A stretch of DNA of 64,000 nucleotides from Ginglymostoma cirratum. Its lineage: Eukaryota. Location: NCBI GenBank assembly GCA_024137785.1, contig JAHRHZ010000025.1, positions 19,039,996 through 19,103,995 of the forward strand. The letters are read 5' to 3'. The notes beneath the pieces are model-generated. The model saw only the letters and a program-made list of their open reading frames with translations. It was not told where the DNA came from and ran no database searches. Both the position numbers and the translations under genes were made by a program. Shown in pieces: positions 13,190 to 26,486 of this stretch (position 1 is its first letter; each line of letters opens with the position of its first letter).

Positions 13190-13860
13190 TCATAGGAATA
13201 TAGGAACAGGAACAGACCATTCAGCTCCTCGAGCCTGTCCTGCCATTCAATGAGATCATGGCTGATCTTTGGCCTAACTCCACATACCTACCTTTGGCCT
13301 ATATCCCTTAATACCTTCATTTAACAAGAATTTATCTATCTCAGATTTAAAGTTAACATCTGATCTAGCATAAACTACCATTTATGAAAGAGAGTTCCAA
13401 ACCTCTACCACCCATTGTGTGCAGAAGTGCTTCTTCACATCTCTTCTGAACAGTTGGATACTAATTCTCAGACTATGCCCCCAGTTCCAGAATCTCCAGC
13501 AAGTGGAAATAGTTTCACTTTATCTACCATCTCTTTTCCTGTCAATATCTTGAAGATTTCAATCAGATCACCCCTTAACCTTTTAAATTCTAGAGAAAAT
13601 AGGCCTCATTTGTATAATCTCTCCTTATAACTTAATCCCTGAAGTCCAAGTATCATTCTTGTAAACTGATGTTGTGGTCTGTGCAAGGAGAATATATCCT
13701 TCCTAAGGTCTGGTGCCCAGATCTGCGCATAGTTCTCCAAGTGAGGTCTAAACAGCGTTTTGTATAGCTGTAGCATAACTTCTGTGTCTTTACATTCCAG
13801 TCTTCTCAATATAAGAGTCAGCAATTTCTTGATTATTTTCTGCATATGGTCATGGATTTC
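13190..13860 (-). mobile_element. CR1 LINE 3' fragment
   Basis: EVMLQLYKTLFRPHLENYAQIWAP in ORF 13606..14043; tail cataggaatataggaacagga. Confidence 0.9.
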
Positions 13861-13879
13861 CCTTTTTCTCTTTCGTCCC

Positions 13880-14030
13880 TTCACTCCTGCCCTTTCCTGC
13901 ATTTGCAATTGTTTCCAACCCTGTTGCATCTGTAACATCTTCCAGTTCTGATGAATGTGACTGGCCTGAAGTGGTAACTCTCTCTGCAGATCAAGCTTGA
14001 CCTGTTGAATGTTTCCAGCTTTTGCTGTTG
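13880..14030 (+). mobile_element. Degenerate PLE pLTR fragment
   Basis: agttCTGATGAatgtgactggcctGAAG...taactctctctgcaga resembles family-B pLTRs. Confidence 0.5.
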
Positions 14031-14169
14031 ATGGAGGCGGCATAAATTCTTGGGGAAGATTTGTTGAATGTGAAGGCTGGTGGGATGGAAAGTACTGTTA
14101 AGACTTAACAAAATTATGGTTTTGTAGGGATGGGAACATGGTATTACAACTGGCGAGTTCTTTGCACGG

Positions 14170-14285
14170 ATATTCTCCAATCAACCTGTTCAGAGATGTT
14201 ATTGCACACTTCTGGAGCAGGTAGGATTTGACACCCATTCTCCCAGCCCAGAGGTAGGGACATTACCACTGCACTGCAAGAACAT
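14170..14285 (-). mobile_element. Short (~115 bp) tRNA-derived SINE
   Basis: Same family as 27085-27195(+), 45860-45950(+), 47490-47585(-) and 49560-49650(+). B-box-like ttcaagtcc in the better-preserved copies. Confidence 0.6.
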
Positions 14286-15199
14286 TAGTTGATTAAGGAA
14301 ATCACACTTTACTGAGAACTGAAGAAGTATTGAAGCTACTTGAAAACTTCGCTTGAAGCACAGTGAACAGAGCTTTAAAACAGTATCTCTGTAAGTGAAA
14401 TTGATGGGAATAGAAAATAGGCTTCTTTAACTGCACGGGGCTGCCCAAAATAACCATATGCTGTTTAAGTTATGGGGTCTGTATTTCATCTATCTCCACC
14501 AGTCAAATGTGAATACTCTCTTTTTCTGTCAATGCACAATGAATACTTTCTTTAAAATAAAGGACAGAAAGATATCTTGATACATTGGGGCCAACGGTGC
14601 TGCAATAGGTATAAATGGGAAAATCTGTTAAAGAGTTAAATGCATACGATTCAGAAATCTAGTGGCGAATTGCAAAATCTTTGGAGAGGAGCCTTCTGTG
14701 TCAACGAGACCACGGACCATTGCCAAGGAGCATTCTTGGTGTCAGTCCACAAAGATAAAGAAAAACTGGTCACTGTCCTAAACTATGTTCAGATGCCAAA
14801 AGACAAGGCTTCTGGAAAGTTCTTGCAAAGATGACATGTTGAAAGATTATAAAAAGAAGTGTTCTGAAAAGTTAAAAATAACTTAAGGCAATGAAAAGCA
14901 CAACTGTGAGAAGGGCTAGTCCTCAACCTACTTTCCAGTATCTGTTTAAGGATGTAAATAGCTATAAGAGGACTTTATTTCTCATAACAAAATCATAAAA
15001 TCATAAAATTAACTTTGCCCAGCTTAGAATTTCAGGCCCATTTAATACACCTCATCCTGAAGTTAATAAGAGAACAATGGCAAAACCAGACTGAATAATT
15101 AGCATTGCAATCAAATTTGGGAAAAAAAAATCCTATGTAAGTGTGACCATGGTGCACTATTTTTCCCCAAAATTCTCAATGTCTCTGCAGAAAGAGGCA

Positions 15200-15630
15200 T
15201 AGTCAAATACATCTTCTCCTCCAATATTCCTTCTCTATTATTCAGCTGAGTGAGACTGTCCCTGCCTGGTTCTCACCTTATCTGTCAGTCATAGCAAGAG
15301 AATCTTTTGCAGTGATATCTCTTCACTCTCTAAAGCTGCTACCTCTGGATCCTCCAAAAATCTAATCCTCGCACCTCCTCTACTTCTCGCCGACATGTTA
15401 TTTCTGAGTGACATTATATGATAACATAAAGAAATGACCAAATGTACGCAAGTGTCATGCAACTCTTTCATCAATACCTCTCCCAAACCCAATCACTCTG
15501 TTGTCAGAATGCTTGTCCAGTCCTAGATTTCCTCTAATTAATCAGAAGGTAGGCCAACATCATTGTCTTTCTCCGGTCACCAACTTCGTTTCCTCACCAT
15601 CAATTCCATCCCCCTCCCTGGCCATTATCT
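15200..15630 (+). mobile_element. L2-type LINE RT fragment
   Basis: Degenerate similarity to the minus-strand L2 copies at 18600-19655 and 37030-37935. Confidence 0.5.
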
Positions 15631-15842
15631 AAGGACATTATTATAATAGTTAACACTGGAGATAACAAAAAAAAGGTTCAATGTGGATCAGCTGAGGCAA
15701 AAATGGAGATGCACAAGGTACAGAAATGAAAGCAGGCAGTCTTTGTATGGAGGAAATATGGGGGAAGAATCTCAATTCACAGCCAACTAGAGTAAAGAGT
15801 TGTCAACAGTCTCGATGCAAGTTTAACTGATAGATTTTGTAT

Positions 15843-16507
15843 CAGAGATAAAAGGTACTGCAGATGCTGGAGAACCCAAGACAACAAGGTGTGGGGCTGG
15901 ATGAACACAGCAGGCCAAGCAGCATCATAGGAGCAGGAAAGCTTGCCGTTTCGGGCCTAGACCCTTCCTTTTTGCAGTTGGAGATGAAGGGGAGGTCGAG
16001 GGAGGGTAGGAGGCCTTGGGGTGGTGTCCAGGAGGAGNNNNNNNNNNNNNNNNNNNNNNNNNNNNNNNNNNNNNNNNNNNNNNNNNNNNNNNNNNNNNNN
16101 NNNNNNNNNNNNNNNNNNNNNNNNNNNNNNNNNNNNNNNNNNNNNNNNNNNNNNNNNNNNNNNNNNNNNNNNNNNNNNNNNNNNNNNNNNNNNNNNNNNN
16201 NNNNNNNNNNNNNNNNNNNNNNNNNNNNNNNNNNNNNNNNNNNNNNNNNNNNNNNNNNNNNNNNNNNNNNNNNNNNNNNNNNNNNNNNNNNNNNNNNNNN
16301 NNNNNNNNNNNNNNNNNNNNNNNNNNNNNNNNNNNNNNNNNNNNNNNNNNNNNNNNNNNNNNNNNNNNNNNNNNNNNNNNNNNNNNNNNNNNNNNNNNNN
16401 NNNNNNNNNNNNNNNNNNNNNNNNNNNNNNNNNNNNNCAAGCTTTCCTGCTCCTATGATGCTGCTTGGCCTGCTGTGTTCATCCAGCCCCACACCTTGTT
16501 GTCTCTG
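15843..16507 (-). mobile_element. PLE (family A) with tail plus inverted pLTR arms around a 400-N gap
   Basis: 15879-15945 is inverted at 16438-16505. 15-bp TSD taactgatagatttt at 15824-15838 and 16508-16522. Confidence 0.88.
16038..16437. other. Assembly gap, 400 N
   Basis: Run of N. Confidence 1.
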
Positions 16508-17195
16508 TAACTGATAGATTTTAATTGCTATTACAAACCAACAACTTCATCAATTCTTGAAAATGAGACACAGAGATAGAAAGTAAAATTAGATGACCCC
16601 TATTAGGCACTGCATTAAATAGACTAGCATGGAAAATTTTAATAGTAAGCCAAACATCTTGCATTGTTTTAAGAAACTGACATGGAATGCTGTAAACTCA
16701 GACCACAAGTGAACTTGCATTGCAAAATAAAATGCTGCTAATGATGAAAAGCATCATCAGTTAAGTGGCTGGAAGAATCTGGTGCTAAAGTGGCTGGTTA
16801 CCAAAAACAATAATATTTACCACACTGAAGAACATTCACTTTACTTCTGAGAACCCAGGTGAGTTATAATCTAATTTGCTTGACTGTATTGGGTTTGCTA
16901 ATTTGCTTTTTTTTTAAATAAACTCACTGTTTGTCTAAAGGCACACACTTTTCATTACCAGGCAGAAGAAAAAAAGACATGTTTCTCTGAAAGTACAGTT
17001 TTTACATGGTTAGTGATCAACAGAAGCAAAAGATTTGCCAAATTCTTCAAATAAAAACTTCTGCTTGACTTCCTAAAGAACATAACATCTTCATGTACTA
17101 AGGATTTTTGAAGATGCTCTACAACCAAGGAATCATTTTTGAGGTATAGTCATACCAATGCAATTACAGGCACATCTAGCAGCTAAATTTAGTCT

Positions 17196-17925
17196 ATTGA
17201 TTGATTGATTGATTGATTTATGGTCACATGTACCAAAGTACAGTGAAAAGCTTTGTTTATGAGCAGTATTGGCAGATCATAGTATGCAAGGATGTACAGA
17301 TCAAAAGTTGTGCAAAACCTTAAACAAAGGCATACAGGTTACATTGCACCGGGCGTGTGCTAGGCGAGAACAACATTAGCAAGATCAGCATTATTTCAGT
17401 CTAGAAAGTCCATTCGTCAGTCTAACAAGGACCGGGAAGAATCTGTTTCTGAACCTGCTGGTGCTTGTGTTCAAGCTTCTGTATCTCCTGCCTGATGGAA
17501 GAGGTTGTAGGAGATCGTTACCAGAGTGCGATGGATCTTTGATGATGTTAGCAGCCTTTACACAGCAATGAGCTGTGTAATTGGAGTCTATTGATGGGAG
17601 GTTGGCTTCAGTGATGATCTAGGCTGTGCACACAACCTTCTGTAGTTTCTTATTGTCCTGGACAGAGCAGTTGCCATACCAGGCCGTTATGCACCCAGAC
17701 AGTATGTTTTCTATGGTGCATCTGTAGAAGTTGATGAGGGTCCATATGGACATGCCAAATTTCCTGGGTGACCTGAAGAAAAAAGAGGTGTTGTTGTGCC
17801 TTCTTGACTGTCACATCTACACAGGAAGTCCAAGACAGGTTGTCGGTTATCGTCACTCCAAGGAACTTTCCACTCTCCACCTTCTCAGTCTCAGTTCCGT
17901 TGATGTAGTGTTCTCCTCCTTCCTT
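17196..17925 (-). mobile_element. Rex1/Babar-type LINE 3' fragment inserted into a Deu-type SINE (17050-18235)
   Basis: YINGTETEKVESGKFLGVTITDNLSWTSCVDVTVKKAQQHLFFL; (ATTG)n tail at 17196-17218. Confidence 0.88.
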
Positions 17926-18599
17926 TCTGATAAAGTAACAAAGTTTAGGTAAAAACAAATGAGAGATAAATGGCCAAGTAACCTGTTTGCTCGTATTGGT
18001 TGAAAGACTAGTATTCCTGATTTTTCTTTGAAGAGTGTAGAATCTATGTTCATTCACCTATAAAACACAAGTCTCGGCTTAATATATGATCAAAAGACAG
18101 CACATCCAGCAATGCAGCATTCCTTAAGCATTGTGACAAAGTGTCCGTCTAAGTTGTGTGCTCTGTGCCTCTAATGAAGCAAAAATCTACAACTTCCTCA
18201 CACTTACAGTGCTCTCCCTGAACAAAGCTGACAATTGTGATTCACCTCTCTATAACCTGATTTTAAATTAAATTCAGACCAATAGAATGAAAATCCTTGC
18301 AGAATGAGGCAGGACAGTCTTTTGAAAATGGAATACTCAACTCTAAACACTGGTTATTACATATGTAACTTACAATCACATGTGGAAAAATTATGGAAAT
18401 GGTTAGTATCGGAACAGATATTTTTCTGATGTTGCACTTTATATGTGCATAAGGAATTTAGCCTGCATCTGGCTGTGTTATATGTGGTAATAAAACAATA
18501 TGTATAAATTATTTCCATCCACTGACACTTTTTATTTTGATGAGCAAAAATAGTCAATAAAACATATATAAAATAACATGCTGTAAATCATTAATGGCC

Positions 18600-19655
18600 T
18601 TGAACTGAAACAACGTCTCATTATATAGAATATTTAATCCAATAAAATGGCCCAAGGTGCTTCATAGAGGCATTATAAAACAACATGAGACACTGAGCCA
18701 GAAAACACAATATTAGGACAAATAACCAAAAGCTTGATCAAAAAGGTAGGCTTTAAAAAGCAGCTTAAAAGAAGAAGGTAAACATTTGGAGAGACTCAGA
18801 GAAAGGATTCCAGACAGTTAAACCTAGGCAGCTGAAGCCATACTCACCAGTGGTGGAGTAACTAAAGCAAGGGATCTCCAGACATAAATGAGTTGACATC
18901 TTTGTGGGTCATGGGGCCGAAGCAGATTCCACAGATAGGGAGATATATGAAGCCTTGCAGTAATTTAAAAAGCAAGATGAGAATTTTAATACCAAGGTCA
19001 CTCAACCAGGAGCCAATGTAAGTCAATGAGTAGACAGGTACACTATGTGAATGAAAAGTAATATGAGTAAAGACACATGAAGTAGAATTTCTGAATGACC
19101 TGGAGTTTAAGCAGGATAGAATAGGGGCAGTTCAATAGGAGTGCACTGGAAACAGTAGTCAAGTCTAAATGTAACAAATGCATGAAAGAGTGTTTCAGCA
19201 GCAGGAGTTAAGGCAGGAGCGAAGATGTGTAATGTTACGGACATGAAAATAGGTGGTCTTACTGACAGTATGATATATGATCATTGTAAGAAGCTCATCT
19301 CAGGACCAATATGACACCAAGTTTACGGTCTGGTTTCCTCTCATTCAATTGCTCGGGAAAGGGATGGAGTTAATAGCTAGGGAAATAATTTTGTAGCTGG
19401 GACAGAATACAATGACTTTAGTCTTACCAACATTCAATTGTTAAAAAAAAGTAACTCATGCATTATTACATGTACCATATAAGTTCTGATAACATAGCAG
19501 CAGTAAGAGATAGAATGAGATGGAGGTGAGTTAGAGCTGGATGTCATCACTGTCAGGCGAAACTTAACACTGTGCTTTCAGATAACATTGCTGAAGGGCA
19601 GCATGCAAATAGAAAATAAAAGGGAGCTAAGGATAAATCCTGGGAGGACACTAAA
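18600..19655 (-). mobile_element. L2-type LINE fragment
   Basis: Degenerate RT/3' region similar to 12100-12440, 33120-33580 and 54940-55290. Confidence 0.65.
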
Positions 19656-20620
19656 AATTTTGACGTGGTAGTATGATGTTAAGTGATGATTACAATGATT
19701 TCAAATTTTATGAAGTGACTAGTACCAGTTTATTTATTACATTTTGCTGATTGTTTTAATTCTTCATAATTTAAGGATAGCTGCTCTGATGCAGTGCAAA
19801 AATTACACTGGAGAGCAATTTTTAGCATGTCTGTACTCCTTTGGACATATCACGTTAGTTCTCTCTGATGTAAACAAGTTCCATTTAATTTTACTGGTAC
19901 TGTTTTCTTGTACGATGCATTACATTTTCACATTAAATGTTGTTACACTTTCACAAGAAATTCCCTCAGTGGTATCATAATTGATATTGTTTACACAAAA
20001 GTATAGAATACAAGAGAGCCTCTATGAGAATATACAGGGCGTCCTCTCCTTTATGTATCTACAAAATGTTACATTTGAGAACATATTCTGTGCCCTTTAT
20101 GTTTATTGATAATAATTTTCAGGTTGCCATTTTCATCCTACTTACAATTTCTCGGCATATTGGGAACCATTGGATATGATTATCTCCTTTATTCTTGCTG
20201 TGCTCAATCCCAAAAGGAAATAAATTGATGCAGCATTAACTTCTTTATTTGGTAATCTATTCTGCAAATAGAACCATGATAGTGTTAAATTATTTTGATC
20301 TAGTCCTACAAAAGGCTTGTTAATTTTAAACTTGTCTTCCCATGATGGTATTGCTAGTAAAACTTTGTATTAGATATAGTCTTGAAACATCAAAGCTTTC
20401 TATTCAATTGCTTTAGATGCAGGATGCTTTGTATGGTTAATACATTTACGTATTCAAATGACTTTTTAACTGCACAAACCTGTTAGTCTTTGCACAGGCC
20501 ACTTCAAAAACCTATGATTTACGGGGAGGAGGGGAAGGTAATCATAATTTTAAAATATTACTCCGTACAATTGCAGCTAAGTAATTAAAATAGCAGTGAA
20601 CTGAAGAGTGATGAAATCAC

Positions 20621-20718
20621 GAGATAACGAGGTGTAGAGCTGGATGAACACGGCAGGCCAAGCAGCATCAGAGGAGCAGGAAAGCTGATGTTTCGGGCCT
20701 AGACCCTTCTTCAAAAAA
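20621..20718 (-). mobile_element. Single PLE family-A pLTR arm
   Basis: gagataacgaggtgtagagctggatgaacac...tttcgggcctagacccttcttca; hammerhead core mutated (TTGAAGA). Confidence 0.85.
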
Positions 20719-20904
20719 TGATGTAAACATGATGTTTTACTGGTCTGGAATCATGATGTTTTACTGGTCTATCCTCCTTTAAGGCATTCATTAAAATCTA
20801 ACTCTTTGACCAAATCTGACCTCTTATCTCATGTTGCTCATTGTTGACTTTTGAATGATAGGCTTTTGTGAAATGCCTGGTATCTTTTACAATATTTTAA
20901 AGTA

Positions 20905-21130
20905 ATTGGTAAAAGAAGCAACAAAAGACATAATTGAAAATCATTTCACACATTGAATGGTTTGATCTGGACTACTTTACCTGAAAATGTGGTGGAGGCA
21001 GGTAGAATGGAGACATTTTAAGAGGAGACTAAATTATTATCTAAAAAAGGAAGAATGCAGAGCTGTTGGAAGAAGACAGGGTAGCAGCACGAGGTAAAGT
21101 GCCCCTTCAAAGGGCAGGACAAAAGGCTTG
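20905..21130 (+). mobile_element. Degenerate CR1 3' fragment
   Basis: tttcacacattgaatggtttgatctggactactttacctgaaaatgtggtggaggcagg resembles the FFxQRVVxxWNxLPxxVVEAG region. Confidence 0.6.
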
Positions 21131-21639
21131 TGCTATAACTATTCTGCAACATATATGCAAGTTGTTATGATATATTGTGACATTGAGGTTTGTTGAATAA
21201 AACTTGACTGCATGATTACCCTAAACCTATTTGAACTACAGCAATGTGTATGCCTTGATGTTAATCTGTAACTGTGGAATACATGAAAGTATATTCCATC
21301 CTCTCCAATCAAAGACCTCAAATTCCTTCATCGTTACATCATCACAGGCAAATTAAGATCGTATCCCTTCCACATCGTATGTTGCATTCATAAATCAGCA
21401 CAGTATCTATAATCATTTATAGAGAAGGAATTTGTTAGTTCCTGAAGTGTAAGATTTTAAATCCACCAGCACTACTATCAGGTCATGAATTGAGCTGCCA
21501 ATCAAACATTGCGATCAGGTATCATCTGGCCATTCTGTGTACAGTGACCTTGTAAATTGACTGAAGGCTGCTTCCATTTGGTATTTGAATGAAATTCTAA
21601 CCGTGCTGCTTTCGAAATGTTGGCTGTACTCGTATTTTA

Positions 21640-23900
21640 TAATTACTGGCAGACTGGGTGGGGTGGAGTCGAAGTACTGTTCTAATCGACCGCACATCGT
21701 AATCAACTATAGATTAGATCCGTGATCCAGAAACTTAACTAGGTTAATATTTGCAGCTCCAATAAGGCGTACATTTTACATATGCGTGTGTACAAGCGAG
21801 AGAGCTTTCAACTCAGGAAGGAACCACAAGCTAGAACACAAACACACGTATTTCACTTGGTGCCAAAAGTACAGTCACTATTTGGAAAGTTCAAAAAAAT
21901 AGCATTAGTCTCTCCCTCCATGGTTCCTTAGCACTTAGTTATCACGTGTAGTTCGTTACTGCAGTAAAACATCGAACACTATCCAGTTTGAAGAAAATCT
22001 ACTGAAACCCTCGATCGACAGTGAACAGCCGTGCTTGGAATCCAAAGGCTCCATTACTTGTCCTAACAACAGTTATTTGATAGTCTTGATCACATTCAAG
22101 ACAACGAAAAGACTATTAAAGCAGAGTTACGGGGAAAGTCCAGGTTCTGTTTTTGTTTTATTCGCAAAAATATTCACGATTGTGGGTGCTTATTGGTTCC
22201 AATTTCCTCCCAGCCGTGTGAGGATTTTGAATTGCCTGCCTGGTGCAGTAATCCCAGGTTCCGTTCTTTGTCTCTCCCTTTGCTCCATGTATTGGACTTG
22301 GCAACGCCGCCAGAATGCAAATACATGGTATTGTTGTGGAGCGGGCCACTCGCTCCAGACAGGAGGGGTGGCGGCTGGGCTAGACAACAGAAGTCGGCAG
22401 AAGACACTCCTTTTTAGAAAGCGGTACGGACAAGCGGTCACGATTTACACCAAATAAACTCTCACTGCAACCAAGAATGGACGCCTTCTTAAATCTTAAT
22501 AGATGCAGTCGACATTGACCGTGCCTCCTTCGCCCGGCGCCGCAATGGTAAAGGCAAAGTCGCTGTCTTGGTACCCGGTACAATTGTGTCACTGGTGAAA
22601 CCTTGCACAGAATGACGCGGTGTGGATGTGTGAATTACAAGGGAATTCCTGTCTTCTGACTTGATTTGAACCGAGCACCTTTTGCAGCTCACAAATATTG
22701 CTTTATTTGCCTTTATCGCTTCGTTTTCGTTCCGGTAAGCGGCACGATACTTATTTTTGCTTAAAATGCAATTATTGGATGATAAACTTGCATGAATTGT
22801 ATTCAGATTGTCAGATTTAGGAAGCAGTTGTCACATTTTTATTTCTTCTCCTTCTGCTTAAATCTCAACGAAGACAATACCCTCTCTATCATAGCTCCCT
22901 GTTCCAGCAACCACACATAACCGACCGGTTTATTTCAATCCAATTGCTGTCAGTTTCACGAATGCAGGACAGCGGTTCCCGGCTCGGATTAATTCAGAAG
23001 CGAGTCAGCAAATTGCAATTAAATATCACGGGGCTAACTGGTGCCAAGCAGAGAAATTGCGATGAAGTAATTGTAGAAATGCAGGCATGTTTATTTAAAC
23101 AAAAAAGGCTTTGTGGCTGGAGTTTAAAAAATCGTACCTCCTCCCCACCCTCCAACAGATTTGTGTTATGTTACGTGGAATAGCTCCAACTAAAATTTTG
23201 AGTTCTCCTTAGTGACTGTATGGAAATCACATGCATTTGTACATCATGTGATTTAAGTTATTCCCCCGCACCCCGAGCGAAACGTGTGGTGCTGTGTTAA
23301 ATGGTAGGTTGGAGAGAGAGGGAGGAAAAAAAAAACCGCGTCAGGATATATTTTTGTCTTGGCGTAAAGGGTTTTTCCAGATCTTAAGTGAAGTTGTCTC
23401 GTCTGAGTAGTCCTATTATTTGACCATTTTATTTCGTGATGTTGTAATTGTGCATAGCACCGTGTTTAATTTTAAATTGACTTTTTAAAGCAATGTGCTT
23501 ACGGTACAGCAACTGAAAACGACCTGATCCCACACCTGACCGCGACTGCCTTTTTATTGCGATATATCGGAGTTATTTTCTTCCTATAATTGGCCTCGCC
23601 ACTGCACACACTCGAACTGTAAATATTGGTTCATTCTACATTTTCCAGCTGTTTTTCGAAACTCAAACTTCCCCTAAAAGATTTTTCTTTTAAATATTTG
23701 TCTTCGTATATGATCGTTATTGGCTCTTCAGGCCAACAATAATTGGGATTTTCCTGGGAGGCTGCTTTCCTGGAAGAATCTGTCATTCAATTTCCCATTT
23801 AAAAGAAATATTCCGTTTGGGCATGTTGCCGCCTGGGCGGATTAGCTCTTGAAGCGAATACACCACAGCCTGTTTTAAAGGTAATAATGTTACACTATTA
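21640..23900. promoter_or_regulatory. CpG-rich promoter region (CpG island-like)
   Basis: Sharp rise in CpG density against a CpG-depleted background and no recognisable repeats. E-box CACGTG at 21943-21948, ATTGG/CCAAT boxes ~22192-22295, GC-rich tract ~22340-22380. Confidence 0.8.
22340..22734 (+). other. Probable non-coding first exon (5' UTR) of an unidentified gene; start approximate
   Basis: Consensus donor CCG|GTAAGC at 22734/22735 in the CpG core. The ATG-initiated frames I traced all close before the donor. Confidence 0.6.
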
Positions 23901-24289
23901 TTCTATCAAGTCGTGCTCTGTGATTCAAATAGTCAGTACGCCTCAAAATGCTTATATCTGAAGAGCTTTGAAAGTTGCGATAAATGTCTTTTTTTTTTAA
24001 AGAATCAGTTTGTAGGAGTGAATGCAATGAACTAAAAGGGAATTTCATAGCAACGTTAATGGAACCATCCATTGTGCCATTTTTCAAATAGAGACTTGCG
24101 TTTTATTTAGTGTCTTTTGGCACCTTACGAATGTTAACTGCGCCCCCCCCAAAAAAAAAGCACTGCTTCAAGAAGGCATCCCATCATCACCACCAGTGAT
24201 GAGCAATAAATGCTGTCAACGGGTGATGCACACGTCCCTTGAATTTTTTTTTAAAAATGGGATGCCTCAAGCTTCTCGGGCAATGAGAT

Positions 24290-24600
24290 AGTTTAGAAGT
24301 TGACACTTAGAGGAAACGCACAGCAAACCCCTATACTTGAACTGCATAACGATTGGATAATCTGTTTCAGGAATGATGTTTAGCAGATCAATTTTGGCTA
24401 GGACAGTGAGGATAATTTCCCTGCTATTTGTCAAAATAGTGCTATTGGATCTTTGACACCCTTCCCAGAGGGCAAATGTTGCTTTGTTTAATGTCTGTTT
24501 TGAAAGACTGTATCACTGTCAGTGCACTGTCTCAGTATTGCATTGTTGTAGTGGCCTAAATTTTAAATATAGCTACCTGACTTACAATCTGGTACTGTGG
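24290..24600 (-). mobile_element. Deu-type SINE, degenerate
   Basis: Similar to 2600-2950. Confidence 0.5.
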
Positions 24601-26486
24601 CTGATGTTGCTGTTTTAAGTATTGATATTTCTCAGTTAGAAGGGGTATATGTAAAGAAAGTTATGGTATTGTCTCTCGTGCTTTTTCAAATTCTAAAACT
24701 ATAGGCTTCACTTGGAAGCCCTCTGTCTTTTGCAGGATATTTTTTAAAATATGAATATTTAATTAAACTTTGAGTTGGTGCATTCCAATATAATATTGTT
24801 TGAAATTTTCTTTCCTGAAGAAATCCCACGATTCTTTTGAATACTGGCCCCATTTGTAGGGAGAGATTTTCCAATACTCACTGGCCCTCGTAGGGGACAG
24901 GGAAGGATGTTTTTGAGACAGTATAAAGGTAATTTGTTGATGAAAGCAGCAACTGAAAGAAATGTAAACAAACACAACATAACTATTTATTTTCTGCAAA
25001 CTTCATTCATCATAGTATTGAGGAGTTAAATTCCATCACTTGAATTTAACATATCTGGAGAAAGGGCGAGTTTTAATGAAATATTATCATTATTCTTTAG
25101 AATATTTGTTTTTACATACTATAATTTTGTCAGATTTCAGAACAGTGTGGTATGCAAGGGAATTGATTCTTAAGGTGACCATTTTCTCCCTTGAGATTGG
25201 TATCTGGCAGATGCTGCCCGGCATGATTTGGAAACTGCAATGCACTGGTAGAAGTACAGTGTGAGGCTTTAGTGGCCTTGATTAGAGAAATTTTGTGTCT
25301 GTGATGAGTTTGGCTTTTCTGACCACTTTCCCCATTGCCCACAGGGCAAGGAATTGCCATCAAAGGCAGGGGCACGTTTGATGATTGAATAGCTTGACCT
25401 GTGAAACTGGTGAGTGTCAGAGATGCATGGATGAGAAAGATCCCAGTTTTGATTCTTGAACTGTGCTGCATCAGCACTTCCCAGGAAGATCATTATAAAG
25501 TTGCTAAAATTGTTCTTGCTGTCCTTGAATTAGAGAAATTGCAGGGGTGCATGTAAATGTGATGACCGCAATTGCTCTCTTCTCCATTGTCAAATTCTCT
25601 GCTAACACCAGCTGTGTAAGTATCCGCCTGAGTAATGAGTGACCATTGACGTAGTGAAGGGTGTGAGACACTGTAGTTCAACACAAGGTTAAGGTACAAA
25701 TACTTTTTGTAGCATCCTGGTAGAAGTATCAGTCTCCCAACTGATAGAGATCCCAATTAATCACTATAGTTGTGCATTAAGTCGCATATATAAAAGGTGG
25801 TCAATGCGCATGGCCCCTATTTGTATTATCAGTTGACATATTACTATCACCATGAATTCAAGGAAGGGCACTTTTTTAAAAAAAGTCAGTTTTTTTTTTT
25901 TTAGTAAGTTATATTTGTATTGTAATTAAGTGCTTTTGGACTGTGTATTAGGTACAACACTAGCTCATCCAGCTTGCTGTATTTATAACTTCACAGCCAG
26001 GATCCATTCAGATAATTTTCATCTATTTCCTTTCCAGCTGTTAATGACAATGTTCATTGATAATGTAGCTGTGCAGATGTGGGAGTATTATCCTAAGTGA
26101 CAGTGGAAGCAAAATTTGAGCACTGTTCTTTGAAAATGTGCTCCATAAACTGAGAAATGAAAACCTGTGATAACAGTTGGGAGGAGAGATTTTTATTGGA
26201 ACATGCATGATTTTCATATTTAACTGGAGTACTTTAGCAGAGTTTGTTCTTTATGGTTAACTCTTCTACCTGAAATCCATTCACGATTGCATTGACATAA
26301 CTTACATCAAAATATTTGCACAGGAAACCTATTATTGTACAGAACAGTGCCTTTTTATCCACAAGACTACTAGAATGATATTCAAATTAATAAACTTATT
26401 TTTAAAAGCATTTCTGCGGCAGAAATGCTTTGCGTGAACATGCCATAGTGACTAAAAGCTTACCACAAGGTAGTATCAGGCTGTAT

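Noticed and set aside
15842-16514. Long ORFs spanning this region and 42745-43650
   Set aside because: Artefacts of translating through N gaps.
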